64,000 bases of DNA, from NCBI RefSeq assembly GCF_018977255.1, contig NW_024704742.1, positions 133,054,001-133,118,000 of the forward strand, read 5' to 3'. The position numbers were made by a program, and so were the translations under genes. Below are positions 47,771 through 61,895 of this stretch, piece by piece (position 1 is the first letter of the stretch; each line of letters starts with the position of its first letter). The DNA is from Callorhinchus milii. Lineage: Eukaryota. A model generated the notes under the pieces. That model had not been told where the DNA came from, made no database searches, and was given only the letters and a program-made list of their open reading frames with translations.

Positions 47771-50700
47771 AAGATTTTAGACAGTGTCCCATAAATAGCC
47801 TCAAAGTGAATGACCAATTTTATCTGGGGGAATTGTTGGCCAGGATACCAGGAGATACTTCCTTCTCTTTTCCAATAGTGTCACAGGATCTTTAACAACA
47901 GACAGGACCTCGGTTTAACATCTCATCAAAAGCGCTCCTCCAACCTTTCATTGGAGCATTAGCCTAAGAAGGATTTTCTCCTGGTTTCCTGGCCAATACT
48001 CTCTAGATAGGAACATAAGGACAGGAAGAGGCCATTCAGCCCCTCAAGCCCGTTCCTCCAGTGGAAAAATTGCTAATCCTTTATTAAGGCAGGATACTTA
48101 GTTACACAGTTACATAGAGTGACATAGCACGTAAACAGGCCATTTGGCTGAACAAGTCTGCAATGCTGTTTATACCCTGCATGACCCTCCTATTCCCTTC
48201 TTCTATACCCCTTTAATCCATTCTTTCTATGTATGAAACAAGTTTTATTTTAATGATCATGATGATAATCAAACATATACATATAAAATCTCACAAAATT
48301 CTTTCATTCAATTAATTAATGGCATAGTTATGTTATTTTAGGTGTTTTTGTCGACCACTGATTCTGCTTGAGAGATTAAAAGTTTCACAGGACAAAGAAC
48401 ATCCTGTTTCGTCCCTAGAGGAAGAGTGACCTTTCGTGAACCTCCCAGTGCTCATTAACCTAATAATGACCCTGACGTCTTACGAGGCTTGTGCCATTGG
48501 GACTCTGAGCTCACAGTTTAGTGAGCTGGAGATCTGGAGGGAGCTCTGCATTGTTGGGAGTGCCATCCTTCGGATGAGATGTTAAAATGAGGTGCCTGTT
48601 CAGGTGGACTTTAAAGATCCCATGGTGCTACTCGAAAAGAGATGGGAATTTCTCCCGATGTCCTGACTGGGAATCCCCCAGATATAAGTGGTCATTCACT
48701 TCATTGCTGTTTGTGGGACATTGCTGTGTGCAAATCTGCCACATAAAAGAAAGCCATTTAGAGGAAACAGTGTTCTAATAGGTGGTTTGTTACTCGGATG
48801 TTAAATTATCTCTCAGTGATTTTCTCTCTGTGGTAAACCCAATTTTTTAAACAATAATTTCCTCGCATTTGATCGCATCTTTCATATCCAGAAGTGCTTC
48901 ATTAAAAATGAGTATAAAGCAATAATAATTATTATAATCCATGCATTTGATATAGCGCCTTATTGCGACATTGCAATTTGTTGTTATGGTTCTGATACAA
49001 ACGATGACCGAGAAAAAGGGAGGGAGGTTGTGTTTGGTCAGTCGGATCTGATTCATGCAACGACCCATCTCCATACTTAAGAGTCGTAACCGGACTGAGA
49101 GATCGATTGTTCAATCCATCCATCCAACCATCTCTCCGATCTACACATAGAACTTCCCGGGTATTGGGATTAGCTATCGAGGCAGTGACGTCGATGGGCA
49201 GAATGACCTCTTTGAGTTTCCACCCACTTATACGCTCTTAAAACAAAACCAGGAGGGAAAGGCTGGGAAATAATTAAAGAAAAATGCTTAAGTTAAGTAA
49301 GGTCTTGATTTCTGGAACTCATTAACCCCGTTCCCCTTTCTAAAGAGATGCAGGTGACAAGGGTGCTCCATTCGCTCAGCTCTGCCAAACTGAGAAAAGA
49401 AAATACATGCTACATCCTCACATCAAGGCGCATTGCTTCACTTGACAATATTGTTCCACACATCAGTGAACTTGCTCTGACAACAAAGGGCTGTTCAATG
49501 TGTGTGTCACTCCGGCAGAACATGCGCTTTGGGTGGTGATGGGGGTTAGGGACTCTCAGGCTGATAACCAGCTGGAGGTGGGCTGGCTGAGTGTCTGTCC
49601 GTCCACAGCATCTGGCGGATTTTATTAACCCCTCGTGAGCAAGGAATTGGCACGGGCTGGAAGATGACCTGCTCGTAATCTTCGGCTGCCTCTAAAACCC
49701 TCCAGACGTGCTGTACTCCCAGTATGGGGAACCTACTTGCTCGTTCTGTCCACTTGCTGTGTTTTGCCACTGCCACGCATCCTTTTTAGCTCGTCCAGGA
49801 CAGCTCTGGTGATGCCTCGGGCATTGCTTTGGCTTTAGGGAGCTCAGAGCCCACTGATCGGGGGCTTCAGTCTGGCTCAGTAGCCAGCGTTCTCACGTCT
49901 TGTTCGGGTGATTGCACGTTCCACTCTCACCACGTCAGCACCTGAGCTTACAGTTCACATTGACATGGCAGTGTAACACGAGCCATCCTTCAGACAAGGG
50001 CTTTTTCTCTGGCTTATCCAATGGTTTGAGCATGGCCTTTGGTTGTAACTCTGCCTCTTGGAAGTTGGGACTAAGATCAGCGTCGGAGTGAATTTCCTTT
50101 GCATTGGCCTCAGACACAATCAGATAACCACAGCATGTGCTATTCACACTCCCCATGTGCATCTTGCAAATTGGACTCCCAATGTGATTTCAACCTTACC
50201 GACCTGCATGCATCCTTGGGTCAGCGAACACCAGCCTGCTCCACATCCCGACCTTATCCACACCCCCATCACTGGATGTCAATCAGCCATTCTGCCGCCA
50301 CTCTCTGGAACTCTATCCCAGAGTTCCTCCACCTCACCCTTTCCCCTCACCCCACCTTTAAAATCCATTGTAAGACCTTTTTGATCGGTCACTTTTTCCA
50401 CTCCAACCCCACGATATCCCACGCCCCCAGCCCAACCTTCCAGTCACCTCTGAGAAGGATTTTGACATATCCTCACTACATGGAAGGCACTATATAAATG
50501 TAAAATTGTTGTTATAAAACAAGGTCCTTTTTGGCTGTTGTTTTCGTGAAATCTAAAGATCTCATGAAAACTATTGAAAAAGAGAAGGAAGTTTCTCCCT
50601 GTGTCCTGGACAGTAATCCCCCAGATTAATTGGTCATTCACCTCATGGTTGTTTGTGGGACATTGCTATGTGCAAAATAGGTGCCACATTTCCCTGCAGG

Positions 50701-51112
50701 CACAACATTCTTGACAGTAATTACCTGTGAAGTGCTTTGAGAAGTTTCAGTGCGATAAATTGCTAGAAATTGCAAGTCCTCTCTCTCTCGTCTAATCCTG
50801 ATTAAATTGCTGTCACAGCACATTTATCTCATTGTATTTACCAATCTCTCTGTGAAGGCTATTTTCAGCCGCTAATGATATATGAGATGAGATGTAACCC
50901 CAATGGTGTATTGGGCATTTAGAGACTGGGGTGGAAGCCTGTGTGGTGAAGATTGGAACTGATGCACTGATTAATCAGCTCAGCATAACCCCAGCCAGTT
51001 TGTCAATTATCCTCAGGACTTTGAGCTCACAGTCTCAGAGCACTCCAGAGCAGCTCTGCATTGTTGGAGGTACCGTTCTTCATACGAGACATTAGACTAA
51101 GTCCCATCTGCT

Positions 51113-51425
51113 TATTAATCCTTGCATTTGATATAGCGCTTTTCACGTCGGGAGGACGTCCCAAAGCGCTTCACAGAACACACTGTAAAGTGAATTGACT
51201 GTATATTTGTGGGCGAACGCGGCAGCCAATTGCGCACAGCAATGTCCCATAAACAGTTGTAGATTGAAAATGACCAATTTATTATCGTTTTTGGGGGTTT
51301 TTGGAGGGATTATTATTAGGTGTGTGGAGTAAGGATACTTGCCCAAGGTTTTGCACTGTCTGGAATTGAACTCAGGTCTCTCACTTGCAAAGCGAGTGCT
51401 CTAACTACTGAGCTACAGGACTCCA
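51113..51425 (-). mobile_element. tRNA-Ala SINE (TGC) with an L2-like GACGTCCTCCCGACGTG tail
   Basis: Complete head and tail; inserted into a Deu SINE. Confidence 0.9.
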
Positions 51426-53084
51426 CTATTCAGGTGGCCATTAAAGATTCTGTTAAAGATTAATAATAATAAATAATAATCCTTGCATTTCATACAGCGC
51501 CTTTCTCACCAGAAGGCCATATCAAAATGCTTTGCAGGAATTACTGTAAGCTATAGTGACTGTATATTTTGCAGTCAAAATCCCTAACGTTTTATAGTAC
51601 ATGGCGTCCACAAAGTCCTCTTACAATTTTTATGGAAAGGGGGAACATTGTTAAGACTGCGATGCAAGGGAGAGTTAAGCCATGTCACAGGGCCTGTTAC
51701 AATACAGCGACATGAGACTACGGAGAAGCTGAAACAAGCTGTCAGAGATAATGTCGCCTCCTCACTCCATCCATGTTAAGGAAGCTGTTGTACCGAACAA
51801 GGCGATGGATCATCATCTGGCATGAAAGTGATGGCGCTCAAATACATTTAAACACTTGTACTGGATACAATGCAGTACTTCTAAATACAGTAGAATTATC
51901 ATCATTCTTCCATGTTTCAGCTGTTGGTCAGTGCACTGTAGAAAAAAACATGGTGCTAACAGGACTTGTGAATACCCTGTACAGCCCGGCTAGGCACTGT
52001 GACATGCCTGACCACCCGCGTGTTAACTCTCCCTTGCATCGCGCTGTGGGAGGGAGCCTGCCCCAGTCTTGACAACCTCCCCCCTCCCCAATGCATGGCT
52101 CTGTTTAACCGATCAGCTTCTTTCCTCCAAGAGACAAAGGCTCACTGTACATTTCAATGAGGGAGATGAGAGTGTGGGGACGTGGGAGGTGGGGTGGGGG
52201 TGCGAGGGAGGGTAGATAAGAGAACTTCTTCAGCGATTTCCCACATGTTATTCAAAATCCCCAGCGCATGACAATAGCTTGACCCGAACAGCAAAGCTTT
52301 GGGACAGTGTGTGTTTAAGAGGGTAGTTTCCATAAAAATTGTTTTCCATTCTCAGTGATTTGCAAAGCGAGGAGCCTGAGATTCTAATCTTTTATAGCGA
52401 CCCCCGCAACGCAACAATACAGCAGGGACCACCCAGGAGCAAGGGATCCTTCTCACAGGTTGTCGGGACTTTTTGAATACAAATATAGTTTTATTTGGGG
52501 GGGGAGCGGAGTGAATGGAGATCTTTATCTCTTGTTTTTAAACCTTGAGCCGCCCCTCCTCCCCTCCTTTCTCTCTCCCACTTCCCTCCGGCTTCCTCCC
52601 CCCACCCCGCCACCACCTTTCCATCTGTCCATCTGTCCTGGTAACTTTAAAATCTTTTTTATGGTTGAGAAAAGTCTGGTAACAGCCTCTGTGTAGCCAG
52701 CTGGTGTGTTGTGGGTATTGAGAAAAAGCACTTACAATCACTTCCGCTCCCAAAACAGCACCCATTGTGTAACTAATAATCCTCACAGCTGAGGTAGGTC
52801 CTGGAACCTCGCAAAGGTAATGTCTGTCAACCCCAGTGACTGTATTTATAGGCGAACGTGGCAGCCAATTTGTGAACAGCAAGGTTCCAGAAACAGCTAC
52901 AAAATGAATGACCAGTTTTATCTGGGAGATTGTTGGCCAGGAAATCAGGAGAAATAGGGTCTGTTTGATCTTTTAACGTCTATTTGAACAGGTAGACTTA
53001 AGCGCTTTGATATGTCCTCCTGACACGAGAGTCATCCTGGAGGCAAACAACAATCCAAAGACACTGTTTTCCACCGTTCATCAC

Positions 53085-53808
53085 CTCTTCTGTGCACCCC
53101 CTTAAGTCTCCTCTATCCTCACTCAAACGCCAAGTGCGAAGAGGTCCTAGACTTCTTGGTTGCAGGTCAACTTTCGTTGCATTGTTGCAGGTCAACTTTG
53201 GTCACACCTCTCCCTCCACTCCCTCCTTGAGCCCCTGCAGTCTGGCTTTTGCCCTGCTCACAGCACAGAGACACCACTTATCAAAGTCACAAACATCATT
53301 CTCTCTATCTGTGACCAGGGCTCCCTCTGCCTCCTCGTCCTCCTGGATCTCTCTACTGCATTCGATACGGTCGACCACCCAATCCTCCTCCACCGCTTCT
53401 CCTCCCTCATCTACCTTGTGGGACCACACTCGCATGGTTTGGGTCCTACTGAACCAACCACCTCCACTTCATCTCAGCGAACGGTTTCAACTCCCGCCCC
53501 CAACCCGGTCACCTGCGGGGTACCCCAGGGCTCCTTACTTGTCCCTCTTTCCCTTATCTATATGCTCCGTCTGGGCGATGTCATCAGACACGGGGTAAAC
53601 TTCCACACGAATGCAGATGACATACAAATCTACTTTGCCTCCTCCAGTACCAACTCCAGGTCCGCCAGTATTCTATCAGCCTGTCTGTCAGAAAACAGGG
53701 CCTGGGTGAGTGCAAATTTCCTGCAGCTCAATGTGGACAAGACGGAAGCCATACTTCTTGGCTCCCATCAAAGTCTTCATTCCTATTGAAGTGCAAGTTG
53801 TTGTTGTA
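53085..53808 (+). mobile_element. L2 RT fragment
   Basis: LQSGFCPAHSTET..LLDLSTAFDTVDH..CGVPQGS..NADDIQIY..NFLQLNVDKTE. Confidence 0.92.
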
Positions 53809-56800
53809 TTTACTTTTTCTTGAAGTGGTAGAGTGTATCACGGTTTAAAGTCTTTCCGTAGGAAGGCAAGATACCGCAATAATTCAAATTTACAAAGCAC
53901 CTTTCACATCAGGAGAATGTTACAGAGTCTATCGAATGCTCTCTCTCACCTCATTTGGAGTCCGTCCCAAGATGTACCTTTTTGACCACATTTTTGATCA
54001 GCTTTCCCCTTCCTATCCCCTTCGGCTCCCACCACCAGTTGAGTGCTTTGAGACATCCTCCTGAAGCATATAAATGTAAGTTGTGCAGTAAAATATAATA
54101 CAAAATTTCATTTGTATAGTGCTTTTTGCATCGGGAGGACTGCCCAAGGTGCTGGATAGTATTTTAATTCTTGCATTTGATATAGAGCTTTATCACGTCT
54201 TCGAGACGTCTCAAGGCGCTTCACAGAATATATTGTAAAGTAAATTTGATTGTATATTTTGTGGACGAAACGCAGCAGTCAATTGCAATTGCACAGCAGT
54301 GTCCCACAAACAGTTGTGGATTGAGTGACCAAATTATTATTATTGTATAATGTCTCATAGCGTTTCACAATGGCTGACTAGCAGGACGAGCTTGGTGGAG
54401 AGAAGTTGATCAGAAACGTAGTTGAAGATAGGTCTAAGGCAGGTTTTGAAAATGGGGCGGGAATGGGAAGAAATGGGAAAATGGCAAGGCAGAGGGATGC
54501 GAGATGTTCCAGAGTCTGGGGGTAGAGTGGCTGATAGATGTCAGAAGCTCAGACAGCAGATAAGAATGGAAAGATCTGTGATGGGATTAGTGACTGCATT
54601 ACAGTACCTCTGCTTTCCATAGTTAGGATGGTGACGCTGTGACACTGGAATCTGCAGAGATTCTTACAAAGTCGTACATTCCTGCACTACATGCACTTAG
54701 GTTGCATTGTAAGTGATACTCTTGCCAGAGATTCATTTTGAACTTTGAGAAGCTGTTTTCAGCGACAATATTCTACATAACTATAATGAGTGGTGTATCT
54801 GGTCCAAATTACACAGTACGTCATTATGTTTTACTAAGGGAGTGTTTATAACGCTCTGCCCACCCTCTCCCTCCCCACAATAAAGAGCTGTCTGTCTCGG
54901 TTGGTAACATTCTCACCTCTGGGTCACAAGGTTATGGATTCCAGTCCCACCCAGGGCTTGAGCTGTGAATGCAGACTGACAGCACAGGCTGATACTGATG
55001 GAGCTCAGCACTGTCAGAGTTGCCGTCCTTTGAGTCAGACATAACCCTGAGGTCCGTTCAGCTAGATTCATTGCACTGTTTCATAGAAAAGCAAGTGTTT
55101 CTCGCTGGGTTCTGACCAATAACAACAACAAGATTACATTTGTATAGCGCCTTTCACGTCGGGAGGACGTCCCGGGGCACTGATCTTCCCTCATCCAAAA
55201 GTCACCGAGACCAGGGTTGATGACACTATTCGAGAAGAGAGTTTCTCTCTCCTGGTGTCCTGACCAACAATCACCCTGATAAAATTGGTCACTTACTCCA
55301 TGAATGTTTGTGGGACATTGCTGAGCACAGTTTGGTTGCTGCATTCACCCACAGCCTCTACAGCCTCTACACTTTTCAGTGGTTCCTGTAAAAAGCTTTG
55401 AGACCTCCTTCTGACGTCAAAGACGCTGTATCAAATGTAAAGATTGCTATTTATTACTAAGATGCTGAGTAATTTGGTCATTTATTTCCTCGCTGATCAA
55501 GGGAGGAATTTTCCATCGGAACAGGAATCGCACTCAAAGAAACTCGCTGCATGAAGCACTCTGAGACATTTCACTGAAAGAACCCTAAATCTCCCAGCCC
55601 AGCCCTTAATCCCCCAGCCCTAAATCCCAGAACCCGAGCTATTACCCTAAGAATTCACCTGCCCCCCGTAAACTGACTGAAATATAATCCCTTAGCCTCA
55701 CAATAAACACACCAACCTCATGGAAGTTCTCCCTAGGTTCCTAATTACTGCTAGGGAATCGAACCAGGGTCTTGTCGCTTGCGAGGCGGACATGCTAAGT
55801 ACTATGCTATGGGACTCCACAGGGGTTTAGCACTGGTTCACAGATAATCCATGCCATAATATATGTAATATATAACTGTGCTATAAACAAACCTGTGCTC
55901 AACCATGACATCTTATAACAGGCCCGCCCGACAGTTTATTTTTAAGTGAGAAAAAGAGAAAAGAAAAGATAATTACTATCTCCCATGATGTTAGTTAGCG
56001 TGCTCGCCTCGCAAGCGAGAGGATCCGGGGTAATAAACACTCAAAAAATGTTGTCACTCAATCCACGACTGTGTATGGGACACTGCTGTGGGCGATTGGC
56101 AGCACAGTCAATCCACTTTACACTATATGCTGTGAAGCTCTTTGAGACATTGAGATGATAAGGCGCTATATCAAATTCAAGGATTATTATTATGTTATTT
56201 TTTTCATGCAGCGATGTGAAAACACCTTGAACTCTTTTCAAAATGAGCTTCCCAACACGTGCACGACAGACTGGCTCTTTAATCCCCTGAATGTGGCTTT
56301 TATCAGCAAAGCTAAGCATTCAGCTTCTCCGGTCTAATGGACCTTGTATAAAGGAAAATATTTATCGAAAGTTGGCTTTTCTTCAAACAAAACTTCTGAA
56401 ATTGTAAAAAAAAAGGGAAATCTCTGATCCTGGAGAGGGCTGAGTAACTGACTTGTTCTCTCTGCTGCAGGTGAGGCTATGCAGAGGAGATTTTATAACC
56501 AAAGTTCCCACATTTCCGCCGGCTTTTTTGGATGTGTGCCACCGGCATGCGCTAGTGATCGAGACAGGAGCGTAAAATAACAAGGGGTGAAGTTGGCGGT
56601 GTTCCTTAAAGCATTCCTCACATCAGCTCGAGGCAGTGTAGAGGAGAGCAATGAGGATGATTCCCAGGGGAACAGATTCCCCAGTGTTATAGGAATGAAT
56701 GATAACTTTTATATGTATAGTGCTCTTCTCGCAGGTAGCATCTTGGTATCCTAAACTTTCACTCCCTCCCTCTCTGTCTCTTTCTATCTTGGCTATGGAC

Positions 56801-56811
56801 AGACTTAATGT

Positions 56812-57165
56812 GGGGTCCTCTAGCGTAGTGGTTAGAACTTACGCCTCAGGTTTGATTCCCAGGCAGGGCGAAACCTGAGGCAAGTTTACTTACTCCACGC
56901 GCCTCTGTTTACCTAGCAGTAAGCAGGAACCCGGTTGTTAATCGATTGCCAGATTTCTTTCCGGATGTAATAATCTCTTCAAAAATGTGGTCACTCAATC
57001 CATGACTGTTTGTAGAGCACTGCCAGGTGCAATTGGCTGTTGCGTTTCGCCCACAAAGTACACAGTCAATTTACTTTACAATATATTCTGTGAAGCACTT
57101 TAAGACGTCTCAATGATGTGATAAACACTTTGAGAATATCAAATGCAAGGATTATTAATATTACT
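56812..57165 (+). mobile_element. tRNA-Ala SINE
   Basis: Shared family sequence. Confidence 0.85.
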
Positions 57166-57174
57166 AAACAAACA

Positions 57175-57660
57175 GTCTTGACAGGAGACTCGAAGTGGAG
57201 CTTATAGAGGTATATACATTTGTAAACGGTAATTAGTTGAAAAAGTAAACGCAGAACAATATTTTAAGATTCACCAAGACAGAATAACAAGAGGATATAG
57301 GTTTAGAATTTCAAAGGGCAATTTCAGGACAGACACCACAATATTTTCTTTTAGGCAGAGGGTAATCAATGACTGGAACAGATTGCCAGGATGGGTAGTT
57401 GAGATGAGGAGACCAGGCTCATTTAAAAAAATAAGAAGGATCCTTGCATTCGATGAAACGCCTTATCACGTTGTTGAGACGTCTCAAAGCGCTTCACAGG
57501 ATATACTGTAAAGTGAAGTGATTGTATATTTTGTGGGTGAAACATGGCAGTCAATTGTGCACAGTCATGGGACTATTGGTGTTGTGATGGGAGGATGGGA
57601 GGGTGGGTGTTCTGAGATCCGCTGGGCCCAAGGACCTTCTTCATCTGAACCAATCTTGTG
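57175..57660 (+). mobile_element. CR1 3' fragment interrupted by a SINE
   Basis: Translates to RRRL..ELIEVYTF and ITRGYRFRISKGNFRTD..QRVINDWNRLP. Confidence 0.8.
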
Positions 57661-58104
57661 AGTTCCTTAAACTAGCGGCCAGTCAAAGAACCACAGCAAG
57701 TTTGGTGGTAAGCTTGGAACCCTAGGCTCACCCAGTCACCATGATAATTACTCCAATTTTAAGTTAACACTGGCACTTGTTTAAGGAACGCATTAAGCAA
57801 TACTGCAAATTTTACCTACAAGTTTAAGAATAATATTCCTTGCGTTTGATATAACACCGTTTATATAGCTTGTGACTGAGCTAAGTTGACACAGAAAATG
57901 TTTTACCCTTGTAAATGGGGGGATGCTTGACTTGATGATATGAAGTGGGGTCGTTGCTGTGATATTGGGAACTTCTGATAGTTGTATTCTTAATGAACTG
58001 CCCCGATGATGATAATAATAAATTAATAATAATCCTTGTATGATGGTTAGAGGTTGTGCTCGACTCACTCTTTACTAAAGTTTCTTCCTTATCTTTGTGT
58101 CTAG

Positions 58105-58222
58105 ATGCTCCAATGGAACCAAACGTGATGTGCAGATCAAGTGCGTACCCCATCAGTTTCTACTGCACTTGGCACCTACCGAACCCAACCTTCATCCCGA
58201 CGGAGTTTAATGTCTCTGTGAG
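58105..58222 (+). CDS. CNTFR: CNTFR-like receptor, first half of cytokine-binding FN3 domain (APMEPNVMCRSSAYPISFYCTWHLPNPTFIPTEFNVSV)
   Basis: Acceptor ttcttccttatctttgtgtctag, C-R-S-x-x-Y-P-x-x-F-Y-C-x-W-H-L-P motif typical of CNTFR, donor AG|gtgagt, 118 nt, phase 1-2. Not in the ORF track. Confidence 0.92.
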
Positions 58223-58769
58223 GTGAGTTCTCGTCAGTTCCTCTGTTTGCTCCTGACAAATCATTCGTGAAAGGGAGTTTTTCCCAGTATCCTGACCAAG
58301 TCCTTCCACCCCAGATAAAAATATATATAGTCATCTGTTTTGTGTCTGTTTGTAGGACATTGATGTGGTACTCTTAAAAAATAATCCTTGCATTTGATAT
58401 AGCACCTTATCACGTCTTTGAGACGTCTCAAAGCTCTTCATGGAAAATACTGTCAAGTGAATTGACTGTATTTTGTGGGCAAAACGTATCAGCCAAGTAC
58501 ACTCAGCAGTGTCCCACAAACAGGCGTAGATTCAAAAAAAAATTGTAGTCGTGTGTGTGTGTGAGTGGGGAAGGGGGAGAGAGGAAGGTTATTTTTGACA
58601 AAAAGCAGGAATCCATTTTTTGACTTTTTTTGTCACAATTCCTGGGTTTTCAGATGTCCAATATTATTCCCCACAGAAAACTGTGAAAACCATGTGAAAA
58701 CTGTATGAATGATTGTGTGAATGACTGCGTCATAACCATCTGAAAAACATGTGGGTGAGTGACCCGCCA

Positions 58770-59160
58770 TTTAAATATACAGCCCCCTTCATGCAGGATA
58801 ATGTTTCAGAGCACTTCATAGTGGCGGGGATGGAGGCTGAGCAAGGGAGAAGGGGGAGGGGGAGGTAACCATAGGCGTAGTCTAAAAGGAATGTTTTTAA
58901 GTGGGATTTAAAATTAGATAAAGAGTGGCGAAGGTGGAGGGAGTTCCAGAGGTTAGAGGCAAATGACTGAAGCCTCAGCCACCAATGGTGATGTAGAGGG
59001 GTGGGAGATATACAGCAAGCCTGTGTTAGATGAGCAAAGGAAGCGGACAGGGTATTGGGGTACAAGCAGGTCAGAGAGATAACCCAGCCTAGTGCTAGGG
59101 TAGAAGGGTGAGGAACTTCAAATCGATCCATTCAGAGTCAGGCAGCCAGTGGAGCCTGGC
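58770..59160 (-). mobile_element. Old L2 3' fragment
   Basis: NLWNSL..FKSHLKTFLLD plus tail. Confidence 0.75.
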
Positions 59161-60819
59161 AAGCAAAGGGGATACAGAGAGAAAAAGGAGAGAGAGAGAG
59201 AGATTGGCCAGCGAAGCAAAGCCACACTGAAGCCAGACATTTCAGTTTTAAGTGTTATTTCATTGCGTTTCTGCAAGTGGTCTGTGGGACAAACAATAAA
59301 CAAAGACCTTTTAAACACTCTGTGGTGGGTTGTGGCTGATAATAATATGATAATAATTAATCCTTGCTTTGATATAGTGCCTTATCATGGTGTTGAAATA
59401 TCTCAAGGATTTACTGTAAAATGCAATGACTGTAGATTCATAGGCAAATGTGGCAAATAATTTGTCCACAGCAATGCCCCACAAACAGTCAGGAAGCAAG
59501 TGACCAATTTTATTTGGGGGATTATTGGCAGAGCACGGCAGAAACGTCCTTCTCTTTTCGAATAGTGCCACGAGCTCTTTAAAGTTCACCTTAGCCTACA
59601 ACAACAACAAAATTACATTTGTGTAGCGACTTTCACGTTGGTAGGATGTCCCAAGGCGCTGGGTGTGTGAGCTCAAAGTCCCACGTTGGGGGTGGTGGGT
59701 GTGGTGGGGGCTCAAGGTTGAACCCACAACCTTGTAACTCAGAGGCACAGGTGCAATCGACATGGCATTTCACATGGAGTACGCAGATTTCTTTGCATTG
59801 TCCTTTTTAACCTCCCTGCTTTCCCTGTTTTATTGTTTTATTGCTGTGCGCAAATTAGCTACTGCGTTTTTCGCCCACAAAATACACTGTCAATTCACTT
59901 TACAGCATATTTTGTGGAGCACTTTGAGACGTCTCGACGACGTGATAAGGCGCTATATCAAATGCAAGGATGATTATTATTTATTATTGCTGCGTAGTCT
60001 GTCAGTAAAGGGTTAACGTTCCGAGCCACCTTTACCCTTCCATACACACACTCACACCCTCTGTCTCTCTCACTCCACATACTATCGTATTGACAAGCCA
60101 CCTTGAATCCACGCTAGCACTCAGAGAGCCCTTTGCTTCATTAATATTTTTTTCTCTCTCTCTCCGCCCCCTCTCCCTCCCCTCCTCACCTCCCTAATGC
60201 AACTCTTCTAAGCGCTGCTGTCAGCTTTCAACCCCCCCCCCCCACCCCCCACCCAACCTTTCTCCAAGCTAATGGGAAAGTAATGCAGAGCAGTGTTCAT
60301 ATATGCACCGTTGCTGTCTGCTGTTAGTGTGCAGTCTGGTAGATGATCATTAGCCTGTGGGTTTCTGAGCTTGAATTATACATATAAATGTTCATTTCCA
60401 TTTGAAGCTGATCTGGTGCCAAGGATCTAAATGCATTTCAATGCAAATTGCTGCATCAAGGTCATTCTGCAGCTACACTGATATCCATATTACATTTACA
60501 GGCAACCGCAGAAAGCTCAATGATCTCCAGGTTAGGTTTCTTCTGATGTTTCTCCTGACTGGAGGAGTGTAGCCCCACTTTATATTTTAAAAGGATATGA
60601 AAAAAAAGCCATGAGAGCATTGTTTTATTTTTACATGGAGTTTACTGCATGGAAATTGTAACCCCCATCCTCCCCACTCTACTCCATGTGTCAACCTGGC
60701 TCAGTGGATAGCACTCTTGCCTCTGAGTCAGAGGTTGTAGGTTCAAGCCCCATGTCAGGACTTGGAACCCAAATACAGTCAAAGCTGTCTTCAACAACCT
60801 CTCAAGGAGACTGGACCAC

Positions 60820-61118
60820 ATAGGAACATAGGAACAGGGGTAGGTCATTCAACCCCTCGAGCCTGTTCTGCCATCCTTTTGGATCATGGCTGACCTGTAC
60901 CTCCATATCCTGTATCTCCCATATCCCTTGAACCCTGACCTAACAAATACCTGTCCACCTCAGTCTTGAAAACTTGAATGGATCCAGCATCCATGGCCTT
61001 TTGGGGCAGAGAGTTCCAGATTTCCATGACCCTTTGTATGAAAAAATGCTCCCTGGTTTCGCTTCTAAATGGCCTAGCTCTAATTTTAAGATTATTACGC
61101 CTTGTTCTGAATATCCCC
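60820..61118 (-). mobile_element. CR1 3' end
   Basis: RTRRNNLKIRARPFRSETREHFFIQRVMEIWNSLPQKA. Confidence 0.9.
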
Positions 61119-61895
61119 ATGGCCTTTATATGAGGGTGCCTATGGGTAAGGGTTCGTTGGTGTGTGCATGATTGTGTCCATGCTGTTCCTGTGTGATTAT
61201 TAACAGAGAGTGGTTGCTGAATGGAGGTGGTTGTTTGAACAGGTTTGACTGTATTCTACACTCACTATGCTATACAGTAAATCCTGTGAAGTGCTTTGGG
61301 ACATCCTCCTGACGTGATAAGGTGCGATACCAAAATATAAAGTGCGAAGTACTACATATAGGAAGTAAGAATAGAAAACATGTGGCTGGGATTGAACTTT
61401 CTAGAGGGGAAGCTAAAAGCGATCTAGGGGTGTTGCTTGATTTGTCGTTCGCTCACTGTCAAAACAGCATGAGGCAGCAATAAACCAGCCAAACAGGATG
61501 TTGAGCTGTGTTGCTAAATCAATTGAGTTAAGTTTCGTCCCAAGGCACTACTCGAAAACAGAAATGGGGTTCTCCTGATGTCCTGGCCAAAAATCTCCCA
61601 AGTAAAATTTAGTCATTGATTTCATGGCTGTGCCTGGGATGTTGCTAAGCGTAAATTAGCTGCCGCCTATACCTACAATTATGCAGTCGCGCGCTTCATA
61701 ATAAAATGAATCGACATCAAAACTTCACCATTCTTCCTGTGAAGTGCTTTGAGACGCCCTCTGGGAATGAACAGCGCTGAAATCAAATGCAAGGATCATT
61801 ATTTAGATGGCCAGTGTTGGCAAGATGTTCGTAAGATGGCCTCCTGCTCATCCCTAGTCCCCTCCGCTCCACTATCGGCAACCGTGCTTTCAACC

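Noticed and set aside
49546..49776. 76-aa ORF in unique sequence as a nested antisense gene
   Set aside because: Non-ATG start, no recognisable domain and no convincing splice sites.
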